This document shows, piece by piece, positions 60,634 to 64,000 of a DNA stretch of 64,000 nucleotides (the first letter of the stretch is position 1; every line of letters starts with the position of its first letter). Position numbers and translations under genes: made by a program. The notes under the pieces were generated by a model. It saw only the letters and a list, made by a program, of their open reading frames with translations. It was not told the origin of the DNA and did no database searches. This DNA is from Takakia lepidozioides (Eukaryota > Plantae > Bryophyta): positions 22,196,001-22,260,000 of the forward strand of contig CM060733.1 in assembly GCA_030704615.1 (NCBI GenBank), in the 5' to 3' direction.

Positions 60634-61462
60634 TGGCCCCCTTACCTCAAAAGTTCAAAGCAATACACCAAAGGCATAATGGCTTATTTTGAGTCCATGT
60701 ATTTCTATTTGCAAAGGTTACAGTCCATAGTTGTCATGTTCAAAAGTCCATAGCTCTTGGATATTTTAATTGATTGACAATTTGACGGTTGATATAGGTA
60801 GATATTGAAGTTAGAAATCCAGCATGGAAAATGTTTCTCAACATTATTGACTCTATTTAAAGCAATTCATGATATCCTGCACGACAATCACTGAAAACTG
60901 TGCCAGTTACGTCAATTTTGGTCCACCTTACCTTATATCTACCCTCGTTAAGAAATTTGGCATGCTTCACATTCCAGGTGTACGAAGTCTGGCATGCTTT
61001 TCCATTTGTGAGATGTTGAGCAGCTTTTACTCACCCATCCCTTTACTATCCGAGGTGGAAACCCAAAATAAAAGAGTTGGATATCACTAAGTACTCCTCC
61101 CGCTCAGAACAATCAGTCATGACCTACAACTACTGTATCATGGGGGTGTTTTCCTAATTCTATTCTTTCTTGCATTCATGTTTAGTAAGTTACCTTACTG
61201 CCATCAGATTGCTTCTGCAATCTACCATGTTCCATCTACTTAAGCATTCATTCCACAGCTTCACTCAGATCTCTCTACACAATGTGAATATGAAATATGA
61301 ATCATATTAATGCCTATCAAAGTATCAGGCCAAAGCCATGGTGTCTCTATTTTACCCTATAGTATATCTCTACAGCTTGCATGTATCAAGCATCGTCAGA
61401 TCGTGTCTCCTTCTCCACTATGCTCTCCATCCCTATGCTCCAGATCGTGCTTCCCTCCCTAA

Positions 61463-61906
61463 TGTTAGTCGTGATCCAAGAAGTGACCCCCTCCATGTAG
61501 CTACTCTGCCTATTCTACCTGCAAGCTATTCTAACCGCCTAAAGAACTAACTGTCATCCAAGACAGAACCCACGTTCCCTCTGCAGATGTCGTTCCCTCC
61601 CGTGATGATAGTTCTCTGTGAACGTTGTGACGGCCTGTGACCGTTGTGACGGCCTGTGACAGTTGTGACGGACTGTGTTGGCTGTGTTGGGCTGTGAAGG
61701 CTGTGTCGGGCTGTGATACCATGACAGGCTGTGTCGGGCTGTGTAAGCCTGTGACTGTTGACTATGTAAGCCTGTCTGCCACCCCTAAGGCCTGTGTTAG
61801 TCTGAGTCTACCACCCTTAAGTCTGCGCAAAATTAAGGGTATCCCACAAAACCCATAAAATTATATAAGTCCCAGACGACCCTCTAACATTATCCCTCCC
61901 CCTCTC
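61463..61906 (-). mobile_element. 3' LTR and polypurine tract of a probable Ty3/gypsy-type element extending to the right
   Basis: Minus strand reads GTGAGGGCACGACTTTTTGAGAGGGGGAGGGATAA|TGTTAGAG, with the LTR starting at 61889 and containing tandem CTGTGA/CTGTGT repeats. A candidate end ..CTAACA is at 61463, but the LTR may extend further left. Confidence 0.65.
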
Positions 61907-62279
61907 AAAAAGTCGTGCCCTCACGGTTTACTGCTTAGGATCAGCAAACCTTTGTGAACGAACACCCTTTTGCTAGTGAGAGTCCCTCAAAGGGCTCTGT
62001 GTATGAGCCCGAGCCGTGTCTTTGGCTAGTGGGGATGATTGTCGACTAGATGGAGCTGACTGCCCTGCCTTTGGCTGATAAGTAGACAATTTCTCAGGCA
62101 TAGGAGATCCCCGTGAGGTTTACTATTTCATGAGCGCATGAGCCCATGAGCCTATGAGCCTATGAGCTCATGAGCGGGCATCCGCGGAATTGGAATTTTC
62201 CTGCCTTTATTGACGGTGTTATGTCCTCTTACCTCGGTAATAGGGTCTGTTTCTCCTGGTCCAGGATGCGGAATGAGGA

Positions 62280-62560
62280 ATTTCGGCGCCGTTATTCCCA
62301 AGAGCAGTGTGCTAAAATGGTGTTTTGAAGACATCCACCGGGGTATTTCGGCACCGAAATTACCTCTTAAAATGTGATATAGTGCGGTATTTAAAGGCGC
62401 AGAACGGGCTATTTCGGCGCCGAAATACCCAAGTGGAATGTGGTGAAGTGCCTTGTGTTGAAGGCTTCCATCGCGATATTTTGGTGCAGTAATTCATCCG
62501 TGGAATTTTTGAGGCCCATATAACGAAGGCGGCAAACTGGGCTATTTCGGCGCGCCAAAT
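62280..62560. repeat. Five ~66-bp units, each carrying an ATTTCGGCGCCGAAAT-like palindrome
   Basis: Copies at 62280, 62345, 62411 (perfect 18-bp TATTTCGGCGCCGAAATA at 62410-62427), 62478 and 62544. Confidence 0.8.
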
Positions 62561-63119
62561 TTCCCAATAGGAATGTTAGAAACGGCAGTGGTTTTCATGG
62601 CTTCAAGTTCCGGCTCGATGGTTGCTGGCATAAATTACTTGTAGGGTTCTTCACTGAGTTTGCGTCTCTTCTGCTTTTATTATAGTTTTGGTTGGCGGAA
62701 GAAAATGTAGGGAATGGACAGCAGTCTGAACACAATGATTTTTAAATCGTCAATATTTTCATTAAGTGTTGTCAGAACTGTACAACAAAAGGATCCAAAT
62801 GAGACTTTGCTATGGTGAGGATCCGCTATCACTGTCCGATGCATCCCCGGCCTCATGCAGGATGGCTGCCTTCCACCTGCCTCCGAACCTGCACTGCCGC
62901 TACCGCTGTTACTCTGAGAAGCCCTCCCCTCAAAAATACCATCCTCACCAGCGGAACTGTCCACCTGGGTGCGGAAGTGTCCTCAACATTCCCTCGCTCT
63001 CGGACGCGGATTCTATTACGAACTTCCCTACTCTGCCTTTCACAATTCTATGTTTGGCCTCACGCCTCATTATAATTCTCTGCTCATTCCCGTATGTCAA
63101 TTGCTCTAACCGAGTAGGC

Positions 63120-64000
63120 CTATCCTCCCTCCTGATGGCTTCTTGGCAGCCGTGTCTGCATAGGCTGGTAGAAAAAAGGGCTTCTGGGGACTCGCGAGAA
63201 ACGATTTTCTGGCAAAGAATGGCCGATGCATGCGACTGTCTCCTCCTCTGCAACAGGGTCCGATTCGGGCAAGTCTCCCAGCTTCTCCTCGTCGGACGAC
63301 TCTGCAAGGCTGAGTGTACGCACAAACATAGAATGAAGTACATAGAGAATTCAAACAGGGAATCATCGGCAGGTTGCATGGTCCCTACAACCGAAACCAA
63401 TACACTTACTATGGTGCAACTCACTCGAAGACAGGCATTGGGGGAAGCGGCTTCGGGCGCCCCTGCATCGAACGAATTTCCGGACTTCCTCCTCTCATCT
63501 TCCTCCTCTCTTCCACGTCCTCTTCTGCGTTTTTGGGATCCTCAGTCGGAGGCAGACGCTGAAGGCCCGCCAAATTGTAATCGTACAAGGCCGTATACCC
63601 CTCAAATGAGAACACAAATCGGTTCGACATCCTTCCCGCCCACATACAGGCACCTGCGAATTCATACGACACAACCACAGCCAAACTCAAGAATGAGTCG
63701 CTTCCTCGCACAAGCAAACATACAGAAACGGAAATGGTGTCAATTTCGGTGCCGCATTCAATTAACGTTCTCACCTGTATTTGCAGTGACGTCAAGGACC
63801 CTGCCTTCAACATCCGTACACGTTTCCATGAGCGTCTGGATGAATGCAGGACTCCTGGTCCTGCCATACCTCCATGGCTTGCCCGACAAATCACAAAGAA
63901 TGTCCTTCTCTCCCACATGGTTGAACAGGACGTTATACTCCAGTGGATCAACTGTGGAATCAACAAGTCTTCCTGCTTCACGTAATTTGAATTTCGAATG
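63120..64000 (-). CDS. 3' exons of a spliced gene encoding a beta-class DNA amino-methyltransferase-like (N6_N4_Mtase) SAM-binding region; partial at the window edge
   Basis: Exons 64000-63775, 63653-63425 and 63309-63120, joined by GTGAG..CAG introns (121 and 115 nt), give 'GKPWRYGRTRSPAFIQTLMETCTDVEGRVLDVTANTG|ACMWAGRMSNRFVFSFEGYTALYDYNL..' followed by an acidic tail. This matches KP..L...LI...T..GD.VLDPF.GSGTT..AA....R..IG.E. Confidence 0.7.

Noticed and set aside
63421-63981. 186-aa ORF as listed in the ORF track
   Set aside because: Its first half is the wrong frame plus intron sequence; only 63653-63425 belongs to the spliced MTase-like model.

Overview
Plant nuclear DNA, most likely from a moss or other non-seed plant. 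This is inferred from a RAV gene that keeps a C-terminal PB1 domain, highly homogeneous PLS-class PPR repeats and a half-tRNA-Met-primed Copia. Host genes: a frameshifted, mosaic PLS-E/E+ PPR pseudogene (1-4030, minus); a divergent PYR/PYL/RCAR-like START protein (12452-13291) that may be the second domain of a tandem-START gene; and an intact two-exon AP2-B3-PB1 RAV transcription factor (47743-51334). Most of the rest is transposon-derived: an internally deleted Copia with both LTRs and a TSD, a rearranged LTR nest with interleaved inverted repeats, CACTA, hAT and Tc1/mariner non-autonomous elements, a TTAA-flanked piggyBac-like element, a Crypton-like tyrosine-recombinase relic, and SINE, LINE and Gypsy integrase relics. 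The most unusual signal is at the right edge: the 3' part of a spliced gene encoding a bacterial-type beta-class DNA amino-methyltransferase-like domain, lying upstream of a palindrome array, a polypurine tract and an LTR, apparently as cargo of an LTR retrotransposon. All calls are by eye; no database searches were run.
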